Made by a program: the position numbers and the translations under genes. The notes beneath the pieces were generated by a model. That model had not been told where the DNA came from and did no database searches. It was given only the letters and a program-made list of their open reading frames with translations. Below are positions 1 to 9,526 of a stretch of 46,635 nt of DNA, piece after piece. How positions within the stretch are numbered: the first letter of the stretch is position 1; every line of letters starts with the position of its first letter. The stretch covers positions 1 through 46,635 of the IMG/VR virus record IMGVR_UViG_3300032321_000180; one strand, written 5' to 3'. The stretch is from a virus (lineage: Duplodnaviria > Caudoviricetes).

Positions 1-194
1 CCAGAGCCTTCAGCGATTCGCTCACGTTTTGCATTAATGTTGGCATACAGACCACCCCCTTTAAATTTTTTACCCTCGTCAGCATTGGCAAATTCTTTGC
101 CGACTTTTGCGGGGATGCCGACCTTCTTGGCGAACGCAGGATTGTGCGCTACCGCCTCCATCAAACGATGTTGAGCAGGTGACTTGCTTGGCAT
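1..194 (-). CDS. Small basic head-region protein, 3' truncated by window edge (MPSKSPAQHRLMEAVAHNPAFAKKVGIP...FKGGGLYANINAKRERI...)
   Basis: Own translation from ATG at 194, open to the window edge, immediately after the stop of the upstream gene; contains an FKGGG motif. Confidence 0.7.
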   Translation of the reverse strand, partial: MPSKSPAQHRLMEAVAHNPAFAKKVGIPAKVGKEFANADEGKKFKGGGLYANINAKRERIAEGS

Positions 195-196
195 GA

Positions 197-616
197 TCAG
201 CCCAATGGATTGACGTAGTGTTTTTGCATTTCCAAGATGACCGTGTAAGCATCTCCAGCACTGCCGTCTAAAGTAGTGAAAGAAATTGAACCAGTCTTAC
301 CTGCGCCAGCGTTGTTGGTCAAGCCGCCAATCTTGGAATAGTCTTGCGTGTACGAGTTGTTTTGCGGGATGAGTTCAATTACCACAGGAGCCGTAGCAAC
401 CCAGTTCATCTGAACCTCAAGTCCATGCGTCAGTGCGGTAACTTTGAGGATGCTCACAGCATCGCAAGCACCGCCTGCGTTGGATGGCAGCAAGTTAGCA
501 GGATTGACTTTGACAACAGCAGATTCATTCTCTGTCGCGCTCATCGTTGCATAGAACTTCATGATGGCAACTCGTTCGCCATCAAACAATGTTTGTGATG
601 TAGCCGTAATAGCCAT
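197..616 (-). CDS. Hypothetical virion structural protein
   Basis: ORF 197..628; likely start ATG 616 (MAITATSQ) after a GGAG RBS; in the late operon. Confidence 0.7.
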   Translation of the reverse strand: MAITATSQTLFDGERVAIMKFYATMSATENESAVVKVNPANLLPSNAGGACDAVSILKVTALTHGLEVQMNWVATAPVVIELIPQNNSYTQDYSKIGGLTNNAGAGKTGSISFTTLDGSAGDAYTVILEMQKHYVNPLG

Positions 617-630
617 AAATCTCTCCAATT

Positions 631-656
631 AAAAGCAGGGGCCGAAGCCCCCACTT
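631..656 (-). terminator. Rho-independent terminator
   Basis: Minus strand GGGGC-TTCG-GCCCC hairpin followed by TGCTTTTAA. Confidence 0.7.
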
Positions 657-660
657 GTTT

Positions 661-1716
661 TCAACAAGCGCGTCCGCCTTTTTTCATTGGCGCAACAGTA
701 ACCGACTCTTTCGACTTGGTTACGCTTTTTGGGTTCACAAAACCACGGCCAGCACCAGCTTCCTTCTTGCCTGCAAACAGGCTGTCCATGAAACTATGCG
801 CCTTCTTTGCAAACCCCATGCCCATCGGAGGCTCATTGAGTGTGTCATCGTAGGCACCTTTTGACAGGTCTACGTCACCACCCTCTTTGAGTTTCATCTT
901 ACTGGCAACCCGGCCACCACGCTTGTAGGTTCCAGCAAGTTCATTGATGGCTACAGGCTTGGAGGCGGGTTTACGGCCTTGTGGCATTGCCACGGCAGAA
1001 CCAGTGCTATTAACACTGCCCCCCGTGGCGAAATGCTTTTTTGTTGCACCTCCACGCTTGAAGCCACCAGCATTACCTAGATTCACGCCACCAGTATTGG
1101 CAGGAGAGTTGTCGTACTTTGCCGTGTCCACAATCGTAGTAGCAGCAGATCCGGAAGTGCCTTCAGATGGGATCATGCCGCCAGTGGCATATCCAGCTTG
1201 GCCTTTCACAACGCCACCAGTAGCCATCTTGACTTTGCCGCCTTTTTTGTAGCCGCCTTGACCATTTACAACACCGCCAGTAGCCATCTTGCCACCCTTT
1301 TTCAAGGCCAGCTTGGTGCCCTTGCCGCCCTTATGCTCTTGCATATCGTGCTGCTTGAACGCCTTCTTGATCATGGCCTTGTCTTGCGACATATCCATTT
1401 TCTCTTCTTTGCGCTGATCGGCTTTTGATTCTGCCTCTCCGCCTTTTTTCATGCGACTTGCTGCCATGCCAATAGGAGCCGCTGGGCCAGAACCCATCAT
1501 CTTCATAGCGCGGCGACGAGCAGCCAACGAAGGAGCCAAGGGGGCAGAAGCACCCATTGGGCCACCACGAGCAGGCATAGAAGGAGGCATAGCAGAGGGA
1601 GGGGCCATGCCCATCATCCCACCGTCAGCCTTCTTCACCATACCGCCTTTTTTGAGCTTCAGTTCAACTGAAGGCTCAGTGGTCTCCATCTTCACCATCG
1701 GTTTAAATTGTCCCAT
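661..1716 (-). CDS. Low-complexity Gly/Lys/Met-rich protein with ~13 phi-[AK]-x-GG motifs; probable internal head protein
   Basis: Start MGQFKPMVK at 1716 after AAGGAG RBS; repeats LKKGG, MATGG, YATGG, FKRGG, MKKGG etc. Confidence 0.75.
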   Translation of the reverse strand: MGQFKPMVKMETTEPSVELKLKKGGMVKKADGGMMGMAPPSAMPPSMPARGGPMGASAPLAPSLAARRRAMKMMGSGPAAPIGMAASRMKKGGEAESKADQRKEEKMDMSQDKAMIKKAFKQHDMQEHKGGKGTKLALKKGGKMATGGVVNGQGGYKKGGKVKMATGGVVKGQAGYATGGMIPSEGTSGSAATTIVDTAKYDNSPANTGGVNLGNAGGFKRGGATKKHFATGGSVNSTGSAVAMPQGRKPASKPVAINELAGTYKRGGRVASKMKLKEGGDVDLSKGAYDDTLNEPPMGMGFAKKAHSFMDSLFAGKKEAGAGRGFVNPKSVTKSKESVTVAPMKKGGRAC

Positions 1717-1726
1717 GTCGTTCTCC

Positions 1727-2704
1727 TTATGCTTGTGTGACGCCGAGAGCGCCAACACGGGTTGCATTTGGGCCTACCGCAATTGCTGGCAGGGCGATTC
1801 CCATTACGAGACGTTTGATACCATCCGCCGCCGATGAGGGCAGATAAGTGCCCCGCACATCACCAGTTGTGGTGGTGGCCGTCAAGGTAGCGGCGGCGGC
1901 AAAAGTGCCCGCATCTTCGGCTAGGGTGTTGTTCCAGCCTGCGCGAGTAACGTACCCAGCATCAGTGATGCGCAGTGGCGCACCCAAGATGTCGGTTGTA
2001 CCCACCGCGACGGTCACCACGCTTGCGCCAGAAGAAGTAACGCTGGCAATTTGGTAGAAGGCTTTCTTGCCACTGACAGTTGTTGATGCCACCGTTCCTG
2101 TTGCAATTACCTCGCTCATGGCTTGACCGTAGTAGTCGTAGCCAGAAACAGTAATGTTGACAGAAGTCGGAGTACCAGCACCTGTGGTTGTAGAAACCGC
2201 ACGAGGGCAGTCAAGTTGCAAGCCTGTTGCGCCGCCTGTAATCGTGGCCGATGTAACACCAGCACCTGCGGCCAGCGTAAGCGTGGTAGCAGTTGTGATG
2301 ACGGCGGCAACAATGTTGGTTGTCAACTTCGCCTGTGGTACAGCATCCCAAACATAAATGCGACCCAGAGGGCCAACACCTACGCTCATTGGGGATGGGT
2401 TTGACAACAAAGCATTACCCGAACCAATGATGGTTGCGCTTGCTACAGTTTGTGAGGCACTTACGGTGTAAGTACCCACGCCGCCAGAACCCGTACCGAA
2501 TGCGGTGATATAGGTTCCATTGGTCAACGAGGTTGAGCTATCAATAAACATACCAACAAAAATTGGGTCACCCGAAAGCATCGCGGTGACGGTCAATGTA
2601 GTGGTAGCAATTGAGCCAGTAAAAGTTGAAACAGCAGGGTAGGCGTCCATACCTTGAACGGTAAGGGCGGAACCCAGAAAGAGATCATCTGAAAATTGAG
2701 GCAT
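1727..2704 (-). CDS. Thr/Ala/Gly-rich virion protein (head decoration/fibre-like)
   Basis: Start MPQFSDD at 2704 with AAGGAG RBS; beta-rich composition; directly after the capsid gene. Confidence 0.7.
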   Translation of the reverse strand: MPQFSDDLFLGSALTVQGMDAYPAVSTFTGSIATTTLTVTAMLSGDPIFVGMFIDSSTSLTNGTYITAFGTGSGGVGTYTVSASQTVASATIIGSGNALLSNPSPMSVGVGPLGRIYVWDAVPQAKLTTNIVAAVITTATTLTLAAGAGVTSATITGGATGLQLDCPRAVSTTTGAGTPTSVNITVSGYDYYGQAMSEVIATGTVASTTVSGKKAFYQIASVTSSGASVVTVAVGTTDILGAPLRITDAGYVTRAGWNNTLAEDAGTFAAAATLTATTTTGDVRGTYLPSSAADGIKRLVMGIALPAIAVGPNATRVGALGVTQA

Positions 2705-2736
2705 GGTCTGCTCCTTGAAAAGTTTGACCAAACATT

Positions 2737-2768
2737 AAAAAAAGGGGCGGGTTTTTTACTCCCGCCCC
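2737..2768 (-). terminator. Rho-independent terminator after the major capsid gene
   Basis: Minus strand GGGGCGGG...CCCGCCCC followed by T7. Confidence 0.8.
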
Positions 2769-2776
2769 GCTTGGCT

Positions 2777-3691
2777 TTACACGCCGGGTGTACCGTACAT
2801 TGCACGCGGATCAGTAAATCCGGGGATGTAACGCTCGGTAGCCTTGTAGCGCATTGAGTCGGTCTCAAAATCGCCTTCCATAGTCTTTTCCAACTTACGG
2901 CGCATCATGAGCTTCATGCCTTCAGGAGCGTCGGTTTGGACAAAGAATGCTGTAGCGCTTGTCAAGCGGCTGATAACAGCAGCGCCTTCGTCCAGCAAGC
3001 CGATAGACTTGACAGGGTTCAGGTCGTTGTTTGCTGTACCAGAACGCAGAACGCTCTTCAACAGAACTTCGGCTTGGAAGACGTTACCCGGAGCCACCAC
3101 CAATTGGCGGGGCACCAGACGAATCTTCTTGCCGTTGTTATCCACAGCTTGGCGGATCTGGATCAGCATCTGCTCCAGAGAAGTCTGGCTCAGGTTAGCG
3201 GCGGTAGCCAACTGGTTGCTGAAAGTGCCGTTCACGATGGGGTGGGATGTGTTAATTAAAGACACGCCGTCGCCGCCGGGGTAAGCACTGTTAAAGGCAC
3301 GATTGATGATGTTCGCGCACAGAGTCTCTTTGGTCTCAATAAGAGACTGAGCCAAGTGACGAGCATAGACTTGACCGATGCGGATGTGGTCGCCGTCTTC
3401 AACCAACACTTTGGTCAACGCGAAGGCCAAGCCATACACGTTGTACACATAGCGTTGCAAGAAGAGTACGCCGCCCTGCTGGTACGAAACAGGAGTTCCG
3501 TCAGGCAGTTGAGGCGCTGCGCCAAATCCATAAAGGACAGGCTCTTCGTGGTAGTTGCGGGGAATACCGTCCTGCTCACGGAAAACCCGTGACCATTCAT
3601 CGGTACGTTGATCATAGACTCCATCAAAGCACTCGTTCATTATTGGTTCAACGATGCTTCTAAAGTCCGTACTGCGCATTGGTGCTGCCAT
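2777..3691 (-). CDS. Major capsid protein (HK97 fold, Mu gpT-like group)
   Basis: 304 aa; motifs GFGAAP..PDG..V.Y, GGDGVSL....HP, P..LVVAP, RY..GFTDPR..YG..G; follows scaffold and decoration genes and precedes a terminator. Confidence 0.88.
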   Translation of the reverse strand: MAAPMRSTDFRSIVEPIMNECFDGVYDQRTDEWSRVFREQDGIPRNYHEEPVLYGFGAAPQLPDGTPVSYQQGGVLFLQRYVYNVYGLAFALTKVLVEDGDHIRIGQVYARHLAQSLIETKETLCANIINRAFNSAYPGGDGVSLINTSHPIVNGTFSNQLATAANLSQTSLEQMLIQIRQAVDNNGKKIRLVPRQLVVAPGNVFQAEVLLKSVLRSGTANNDLNPVKSIGLLDEGAAVISRLTSATAFFVQTDAPEGMKLMMRRKLEKTMEGDFETDSMRYKATERYIPGFTDPRAMYGTPGV

Positions 3692-3702
3692 GATTGGACT
3701 CC

Positions 3703-4275
3703 TTAGATGGCGTTAATGGTTGCGACGTATTGGCTGCGAGAGACTTGTACTTGCACAACTGTGTAAGCATCGCCCCAAGCGTTATCAACGCCGTTAGAAA
3801 GACCGATGATACGCATATCACCGACCGCGCTTGTACCCGCAAGGGTGGTGGAGATCGTGCATTGCGACAAGCCCGTGGTCGTAGAACCAGCGGAGATGTT
3901 GCTAAAGTTTGCTTGATCGCCAATTGAGGTTTGAGCCAAACTACCGTCTGCTTGAATGTCGTAAACGATATTCGGGTCAGAGTAGTAGTAAGTCACTTGA
4001 GAGCCAGTTTGGTAGGCGGTGTTAGCCACCCACTGATTGCTGACCAAACGACGACCAGTAGTATCAGTGTACTCATGACCAGCAAAAGCGCCTTGGTAGG
4101 CGCTGCCAGCAGTAGCAGCAATGATGTTTCCAGACGTATTAAGGGCAACAGGTTGACCCTTCAGAATTCCGGTTGAATAACCAGAAGCAATACCGTTAGC
4201 AAGAGCCACAGCGCGATCCAGACCCGATGGGTGGAACGAAGGACGCAAGCCGAACGGAGCAGAGGTTGCACTCAT
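3703..4275 (-). CDS. Capsid decoration/cement protein
   Basis: 190 aa, APFGLRP start, D(P)NIVY.IQADG motif, immediately upstream of the MCP gene. Confidence 0.7.
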   Translation of the reverse strand: MSATSAPFGLRPSFHPSGLDRAVALANGIASGYSTGILKGQPVALNTSGNIIAATAGSAYQGAFAGHEYTDTTGRRLVSNQWVANTAYQTGSQVTYYYSDPNIVYDIQADGSLAQTSIGDQANFSNISAGSTTTGLSQCTISTTLAGTSAVGDMRIIGLSNGVDNAWGDAYTVVQVQVSRSQYVATINAI

Positions 4276-4296
4276 AGAAACTCCTTTGTTAAGTCC

Positions 4297-4839
4297 TCAT
4301 CCGTAAAATACGGGTGTTTGGACGGTTCGGTTCAAATTGCCAAAGCCTTCGCCTTCAACACTTCCCAGACTCTTGCCTGAGCTATCGCGGTTTCCTTGAA
4401 GCTGCTCAATTTGGATTTGGACTTTGTCCGCCTCTTCCATGGGAGCCTCATGGTGCATTTGAATCATGACCTCTTGATAAACGTCCATTGGAAGTTTATA
4501 CAAGCGCATTTCATTGCACGCGACAAAACCTACGTCTTCGCCAGCCTTTACGCGGTAATTTTCGAATCCGGGTAACTCATCCGCTTTCACGGGAACATAC
4601 CCTAATCGCATCCGCTTATCAATACTGTCGTATCCGTTGGTGGTTGATAACCAGCAAAGATGCCATCCCGGAATTTCCGGAACCTTCGGCAGCGCACTTT
4701 GTGTCCATTCATCGCTCCACATCTTGCGACGTTCCTGCGTAGAAATGAACTTCTCTTCGGGAGCGGCGCGGCTTGCATCTTGTGAAGATCTTTGCTCACG
4801 GCCACCAGCGTTGAGGGTTTTTTTAAGACGAGAATCCAT
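4297..4839 (-). CDS. Conserved head-module hypothetical protein
   Basis: 180 aa ORF (P..PGWHLCWLST...R.RLGY.PV) between scaffold and decoration genes. Confidence 0.7.
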   Translation of the reverse strand: MDSRLKKTLNAGGREQRSSQDASRAAPEEKFISTQERRKMWSDEWTQSALPKVPEIPGWHLCWLSTTNGYDSIDKRMRLGYVPVKADELPGFENYRVKAGEDVGFVACNEMRLYKLPMDVYQEVMIQMHHEAPMEEADKVQIQIEQLQGNRDSSGKSLGSVEGEGFGNLNRTVQTPVFYG

Positions 4840-4844
4840 AATGT

Positions 4845-5783
4845 TTAGCTCCTATTGTTTCGTGCTGCTTCTGCATACCGTTTGATCATCTTTGCGCGTT
4901 TTTGTGCGTCATCCCACATACCAGCGTCCTTCATTGCACGAACCTGTTCAGGCTCAAGAACAAAAGAATTGCCGCTACCGCGAGGTGAAGATTCACGCGA
5001 AGAACCGGTCACTAAACTTTTAGGTCTCCTTCTGGGTTGCTCATCATGACGATCATTATACTTATGAGGTAGCCGCCTTTGCAAGCGGCTGTCAAGCTCC
5101 TCCCAATACTCGTTTGTAGAGGGGTCGTACCCCTCCTGAACCAGTCGGTTGTCGATCACTTTAGCGATCTGGGAGTCTTCATCCTTGCCGTCTGGGTCGT
5201 ACCAAGTGTTGTTCTCCATCCAGTCATTTGCCAGACGTTGTAACTTGGGGTTAACCGCCCCAGTGTCAGAACCATTCTCAGCGGCCCGTGACTTGAAGTT
5301 TTGCATGGCCTCTAGCTTGCGCTTGGAGTCGTACCAAAGCTCCTGCGCCCTAGCAAAAGAGGTGCCGTCAGCGTTGTCCGTAGCCTCTTTGAGCTTGGCA
5401 GTAGCGTATTGCAGGCGTAGCTGCTCATCCTCAATTGCCTTGTCAAATCGGGCTAAGTCAGCGCCTGATTGCTTGCGCTCCAGCACGGATAGGCGCTCAA
5501 CAAGCTGCTGGTTCTGGCGTTCTAGTAGCGTCAGCTTGGCGTCTTTTTCAACGTGAGTTTGCTTGATGTACTCCTTTTTGGCACGTCGGCGGTTGCGACG
5601 AGCCTCTCGGATTGCGCTAGTGTCACCCGGCTGATCGCTGTCCCCATCATCGGAGGCGGCAGAGACTTCGCCGCCCTCGTTGTGGGGCGACTCAATGTCA
5701 TCAGGTAGCTCTACTGTGGCAGAGCCGTCTTTTTCTTCAACGACAGCCATGTCGTCAATATCTTCTTTAAGTTCTTTGTTCAT
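4845..5783 (-). CDS. Putative capsid scaffolding protein
   Basis: Acidic N-terminus, long coiled coil, W...N.WY motif, C-terminal helix pair; upstream of the capsid genes. Confidence 0.7.
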   Translation of the reverse strand: MNKELKEDIDDMAVVEEKDGSATVELPDDIESPHNEGGEVSAASDDGDSDQPGDTSAIREARRNRRRAKKEYIKQTHVEKDAKLTLLERQNQQLVERLSVLERKQSGADLARFDKAIEDEQLRLQYATAKLKEATDNADGTSFARAQELWYDSKRKLEAMQNFKSRAAENGSDTGAVNPKLQRLANDWMENNTWYDPDGKDEDSQIAKVIDNRLVQEGYDPSTNEYWEELDSRLQRRLPHKYNDRHDEQPRRRPKSLVTGSSRESSPRGSGNSFVLEPEQVRAMKDAGMWDDAQKRAKMIKRYAEAARNNRS

Positions 5784-6253
5784 ACCAACACCTCCTCAAA
5801 AATGCGCTTGGTTGTTTTTTTGGCTTGCATTGAAATCACCAAGGATTGGGCAATTTTTAACAACTCTTCATCACTCATGGTGCTTTTGAAGGCGTTAACG
5901 CAAACACAAACAAGGCGAACATTCCCCTCAATGTAACCAATTGAATTGTCAATTCGGTCAATTGACATGGATGTGGGAGCAGTTTTACCCGTGGCCCATG
6001 TCATACGAATACCTGATAACGCGCACAATCCTTCTTGAGCGTCATACAAAGACATCAGGTAATCTTGATTGATGGTCACTTCGGCTCTTTTCCGAGCCAT
6101 AGCAAGAGTAGAAGAAAAAGCATACCGTGGGCTTTTCTTATTTCGCTCACGATGTTTCTCAAGCAATTTCTCTTTATTGTCAACTCTCCATTGCTGGAGT
6201 TTTTCTTGGTTTTTTACGTTCCAAGCACGTTGTGTTTCTGGTTTATTTTTCAT
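5780..6253 (-). CDS. HNH/beta-beta-alpha-Me-type endonuclease (probable free-standing homing endonuclease)
   Basis: CALSG...SIDRIDNSIGYIEGNVRLVCVCVN motif, basic N-terminus, AT-richer than neighbours. Confidence 0.75.
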   Translation of the reverse strand: MKNKPETQRAWNVKNQEKLQQWRVDNKEKLLEKHRERNKKSPRYAFSSTLAMARKRAEVTINQDYLMSLYDAQEGLCALSGIRMTWATGKTAPTSMSIDRIDNSIGYIEGNVRLVCVCVNAFKSTMSDEELLKIAQSLVISMQAKKTTKRIFEEVLV

Positions 6254-6690
6254 TAGATAAACGCCTTCATAGCAAGTGGATTACCAGTGATCTTCACAAT
6301 CACCTCGTGATCGTTTAGCACCATGAATAAAGCTGGTTCTTCGTGGTCATCAGCGCCCGGAACAGGCACCTCCCAACGATCTCCGCCCCATTTGGGCACA
6401 CGGATGTAGTCGCCAACCTCAATCCACGACCCTTCGGGCCACGGGAGCATGGTGTCACGGTGTTTGAACGCTAGTGGGCCGATCTCTACGACCTTTGCCA
6501 CCATGTTCTGCCACTTTTCGGTTTCTTTGGTTTCTTCAACCAATATGATTCCCGCGCTAGTTGTCTTCTGCTTTGCACGACGGAGTTGCACCAAGATGCG
6601 TCCGCCAAGGGGTTTTGCGCCGGGGTCTACGCTCGGAAAAGCCCAAGCTACGTCAGCTTCGTTAAAAGCTACCGGGTCATTCATTTTCAT
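6253..6690 (-). CDS. groES: GroES-like co-chaperonin
   Basis: KPLGGRILVQ...TTSAGIILVE..KE (mobile loop)...AKVVEIGP...VGD.I..PKWGG...LND.EV..KI. Confidence 0.85.
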   Translation of the reverse strand: MKMNDPVAFNEADVAWAFPSVDPGAKPLGGRILVQLRRAKQKTTSAGIILVEETKETEKWQNMVAKVVEIGPLAFKHRDTMLPWPEGSWIEVGDYIRVPKWGGDRWEVPVPGADDHEEPALFMVLNDHEVIVKITGNPLAMKAFI

Positions 6691-6862
6691 CTGTTTCTTT
6701 CATTAAGTCGTTAAGGATGTCAAGGGCTTCTTGCAATCCAAAATAATGTCCAACCATGCGTTGATAAGTCTCCCAGTTCGCCGCATTTCCAGCAGCAAGG
6801 GACGCAGCTATTGCTACCTGCTTAGACTTAATCCCGCCGATCAGATCGCCAAGGGTTTTCAT
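6677..6862 (-). CDS. Small hypothetical protein
   Basis: 61 aa, overlaps its neighbours in the head operon. Confidence 0.65.
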   Translation of the reverse strand: MKTLGDLIGGIKSKQVAIAASLAAGNAANWETYQRMVGHYFGLQEALDILNDLMKETDENE

Positions 6863-7005
6863 TTTTTCTTAGCCTGTGATAAGCCTCCTGACTGTTTGGT
6901 TGGTGCAGAACCCTTCATGCTCTGGCCGTCGAGCTTCTCGCCCATAGCCATGCGCTTGTGCTGGGGAACTTGCACACTCTTTTGCTCTTGATCACTGGTT
7001 GCCAT
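6859..7005 (-). CDS. Small hypothetical protein
   Basis: Likely start MATSDQEQ at 7005 with AAGGAG RBS. Confidence 0.55.
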   Translation of the reverse strand: MATSDQEQKSVQVPQHKRMAMGEKLDGQSMKGSAPTKQSGGLSQAKKK

Positions 7006-9526
7006 AAGGTACTCCTTGGGTTTGTACAGCTTGGTTCTGCTCAAAATTGAGCTTTGCCGCATCTCGCGTTAAGCGTGCTGTCTCGATGCGTTGTTTGGTC
7101 TCTTGGTCGCCCTCGGCGATGGCAAGGCGTAGCTGCAAGTCTTCCATGTCCAACTGGCGCTGCTGCTCCAGCTTCCTCATGTCCATATCGACCTTGGCCT
7201 GCAACTCCTTCTCCTTGAGTCCCATCTCCGCTTGGTCGCGCTGGGTGCGGCGCTGCGTCTCGGCCATGCTGGTGTCCAGCAACACCTTGGTGTCTGGTGC
7301 CATTGGGGGCTGGGGCTGGGACTGCTGCAACTGCTGCATCATCTGCTGGATCATTGGCATGACCTTTTGGAAAGCCTCGTCGCTGTCCAATTTAACGTGC
7401 TGCGATACCGCCGAGAACAGCTTGTCGATCTTGGAGGGCTGCTTAGACATCTCATAGTCCTCTGTAGCGCCTTGCATTGACATATCCACATACCCGTTCA
7501 TGCGGTTCAAGTACCACAAGGTCAAGTGCTGCTTGATGTGATCCATTGCTCGTGGCAAGTAGGTAGGCGCAATGGCAGGGTTTCCGCCCAACGCAGGGTT
7601 GGTAGCAAAGTCCAAGATGACTTGTATGTGCGAAAGGTGATCCTGCTCAATGTAGGCGTAAGCAGCTTGGCCCATAGCCATTGCCACGTTCTCGTTGGCA
7701 GCGTCAATCTTGACCGGCGAGGGTGTATCAACCATCAGTTCGTTGATACCGGGCACTTTGATCTGCTTTAGGAAGCGCTCAATGACCACTTTCTTGTTGA
7801 ACAACTCTGGATTCTTGTCCATCATCGCCATCACAGCCTGAGTCTGGGCCATGCGCTGCGTTTCGGAGAAGATGTGAGGGTCAGAGACGGGAATAACGTC
7901 CGTCACACGAGAAAAGTCCTCGCGGGTGACCTCCAGATCCTCTACCACCTCGCCACGGCGCATATCGTCCAAGTACCAGCGGTTGATGCGGCTTAAAACC
8001 TTCAGCACACGGCCCTGAGACTCATGCAAACGGGCATGGATGGCCGAAAACACCGCTGCTCCCTGCTCAATCAGTGCCTGAGTGGTGCCCACAGGTGCGT
8101 TGGCGTTCACATCGGCAATCTTTTCCTCTGCCGTGGTTACCACGCCCTTGGCGGCGTTGGTCAACCAGCCTAAAAGTTCAAATAGGACGGGGCTGGGCGG
8201 GTTAAATGGCATGGGCATAGCCAGTTTGCGCACATCATCTACGCCGGGAGCGCCTTCAATCTCCACCACCTGCGTGACTTCGACCTCTTGCGACTGTCCA
8301 GAGACCTTGCCGCCCTTCAACTTGAGCAGCGTGGCAGCATTGTTGATGTGGGCAGAGTCCAGCAAGGCCCGTAAAGCGCCTGTAAGGGCCGCAGATAGCC
8401 CTCCAATGAGTTGGGGCAGGCCAACGGCATAGGCACCACGCCACGGGATGAATTTGAACTCGATAACCCAGTCCAGCTTGGTCATCGTCTCGTCGCCCTC
8501 TTCCCAATTGCGGTACAAACCGATGACTTCGGACGACAGATCGTCGATCATCAGGATGTAGGGAGCCGATTCGCCGCCAGAGAACTTGTCGTCGTCCAGT
8601 TCCAACCATGTGTAGATGTGATACACGCGGCGTAGGCCGTCTTCGTTGTTGTCAATGGACTTGCCTTCAATCTTGTTGGTCGCCTTTTGTGAGGCGGTCA
8701 TCTCAGGATCCATCGTTGAGCGGGAAAACGGCGTGTCGCGGTACATCCCAGAGGCGATGCGGCGCTTGTAGTCCCAATCGGAAATGTCATCGACCTCGGT
8801 CACGCGCTGTGCGGTGTAGAAGTTGCCCGCTGCGTAAGGCAAAAGCACGTTGTCAATGGGCAGGAACTGGGCGCAGGGGCGCTTTTTCTTCTCGTCGTAC
8901 CACAGCTTGATGTACTGAGAGCCGCCAAGCGGTAGCTGGGTAAGCATCTGCTCTTGCTCGTCGCGGAACTCTTCGATCTGCTCGGTCAACTGCCAGTTCA
9001 TGTACTCCGATTTGCGCTCGGCCACGGCGGTTTTCTCGTCCGTTACGTCACCCAAGATCTTGGTGCGGGTCGGGCCGTCAGGTGGGAACATCTCCTTAAT
9101 GGCGCGGGAGGCAAAGTCAATGCACGCCTCGGCCATCACCGGATGAACGACCTTTGAAGCTCCGTTGAAATTGGCTCCACCGGGGGCATCATTGCCCATG
9201 CCAGTGCGCTTGATGCCCTCTTCGTACTGCTTGTCGCGCTGCTTGCGGGCGTTCTTGTCCTTCTCCACCAACTCGATGTAGCGCAGGGCCAGCGTGTCGA
9301 TGTCCATCGTGTTGAAGTCATCGCTGTCGGCCAAGTTCTCGTAGAAGTCCTCGTCTTCGCGTGGCCCTTTGGTGGTCATGTGAACGACGACAGAGCCGTC
9401 GGGCAACTCTTCTAGCTCAGAGTCATCAAGGCGAGGCATCTCCACCTCTACGCCAGCCTCTTCATCTGGCTGTTCGCCGTCTACGAAACGACCGTACTCT
9501 GGGTCAATGGGGAACTGTGTTGCCAT
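6992..9526 (-). CDS. Portal protein (P22-like, long C-terminal coiled coil)
   Basis: 844 aa; GASKVVHPVMAEACIDF, YMNWQL, GLPQLIGGL...LLDSAHINN, PVGTT.ALIEQG, PVSDP.IFS motifs; Gln-rich tail. Confidence 0.9.
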   Translation of the reverse strand: MATQFPIDPEYGRFVDGEQPDEEAGVEVEMPRLDDSELEELPDGSVVVHMTTKGPREDEDFYENLADSDDFNTMDIDTLALRYIELVEKDKNARKQRDKQYEEGIKRTGMGNDAPGGANFNGASKVVHPVMAEACIDFASRAIKEMFPPDGPTRTKILGDVTDEKTAVAERKSEYMNWQLTEQIEEFRDEQEQMLTQLPLGGSQYIKLWYDEKKKRPCAQFLPIDNVLLPYAAGNFYTAQRVTEVDDISDWDYKRRIASGMYRDTPFSRSTMDPEMTASQKATNKIEGKSIDNNEDGLRRVYHIYTWLELDDDKFSGGESAPYILMIDDLSSEVIGLYRNWEEGDETMTKLDWVIEFKFIPWRGAYAVGLPQLIGGLSAALTGALRALLDSAHINNAATLLKLKGGKVSGQSQEVEVTQVVEIEGAPGVDDVRKLAMPMPFNPPSPVLFELLGWLTNAAKGVVTTAEEKIADVNANAPVGTTQALIEQGAAVFSAIHARLHESQGRVLKVLSRINRWYLDDMRRGEVVEDLEVTREDFSRVTDVIPVSDPHIFSETQRMAQTQAVMAMMDKNPELFNKKVVIERFLKQIKVPGINELMVDTPSPVKIDAANENVAMAMGQAAYAYIEQDHLSHIQVILDFATNPALGGNPAIAPTYLPRAMDHIKQHLTLWYLNRMNGYVDMSMQGATEDYEMSKQPSKIDKLFSAVSQHVKLDSDEAFQKVMPMIQQMMQQLQQSQPQPPMAPDTKVLLDTSMAETQRRTQRDQAEMGLKEKELQAKVDMDMRKLEQQRQLDMEDLQLRLAIAEGDQETKQRIETARLTRDAAKLNFEQNQAVQTQGVPYGNQ

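Noticed and set aside
2593-2868. Programmed frameshift extension of the capsid protein
   Set aside because: No slippery site evident before the MCP stop; a terminator follows and the next gene has its own RBS.
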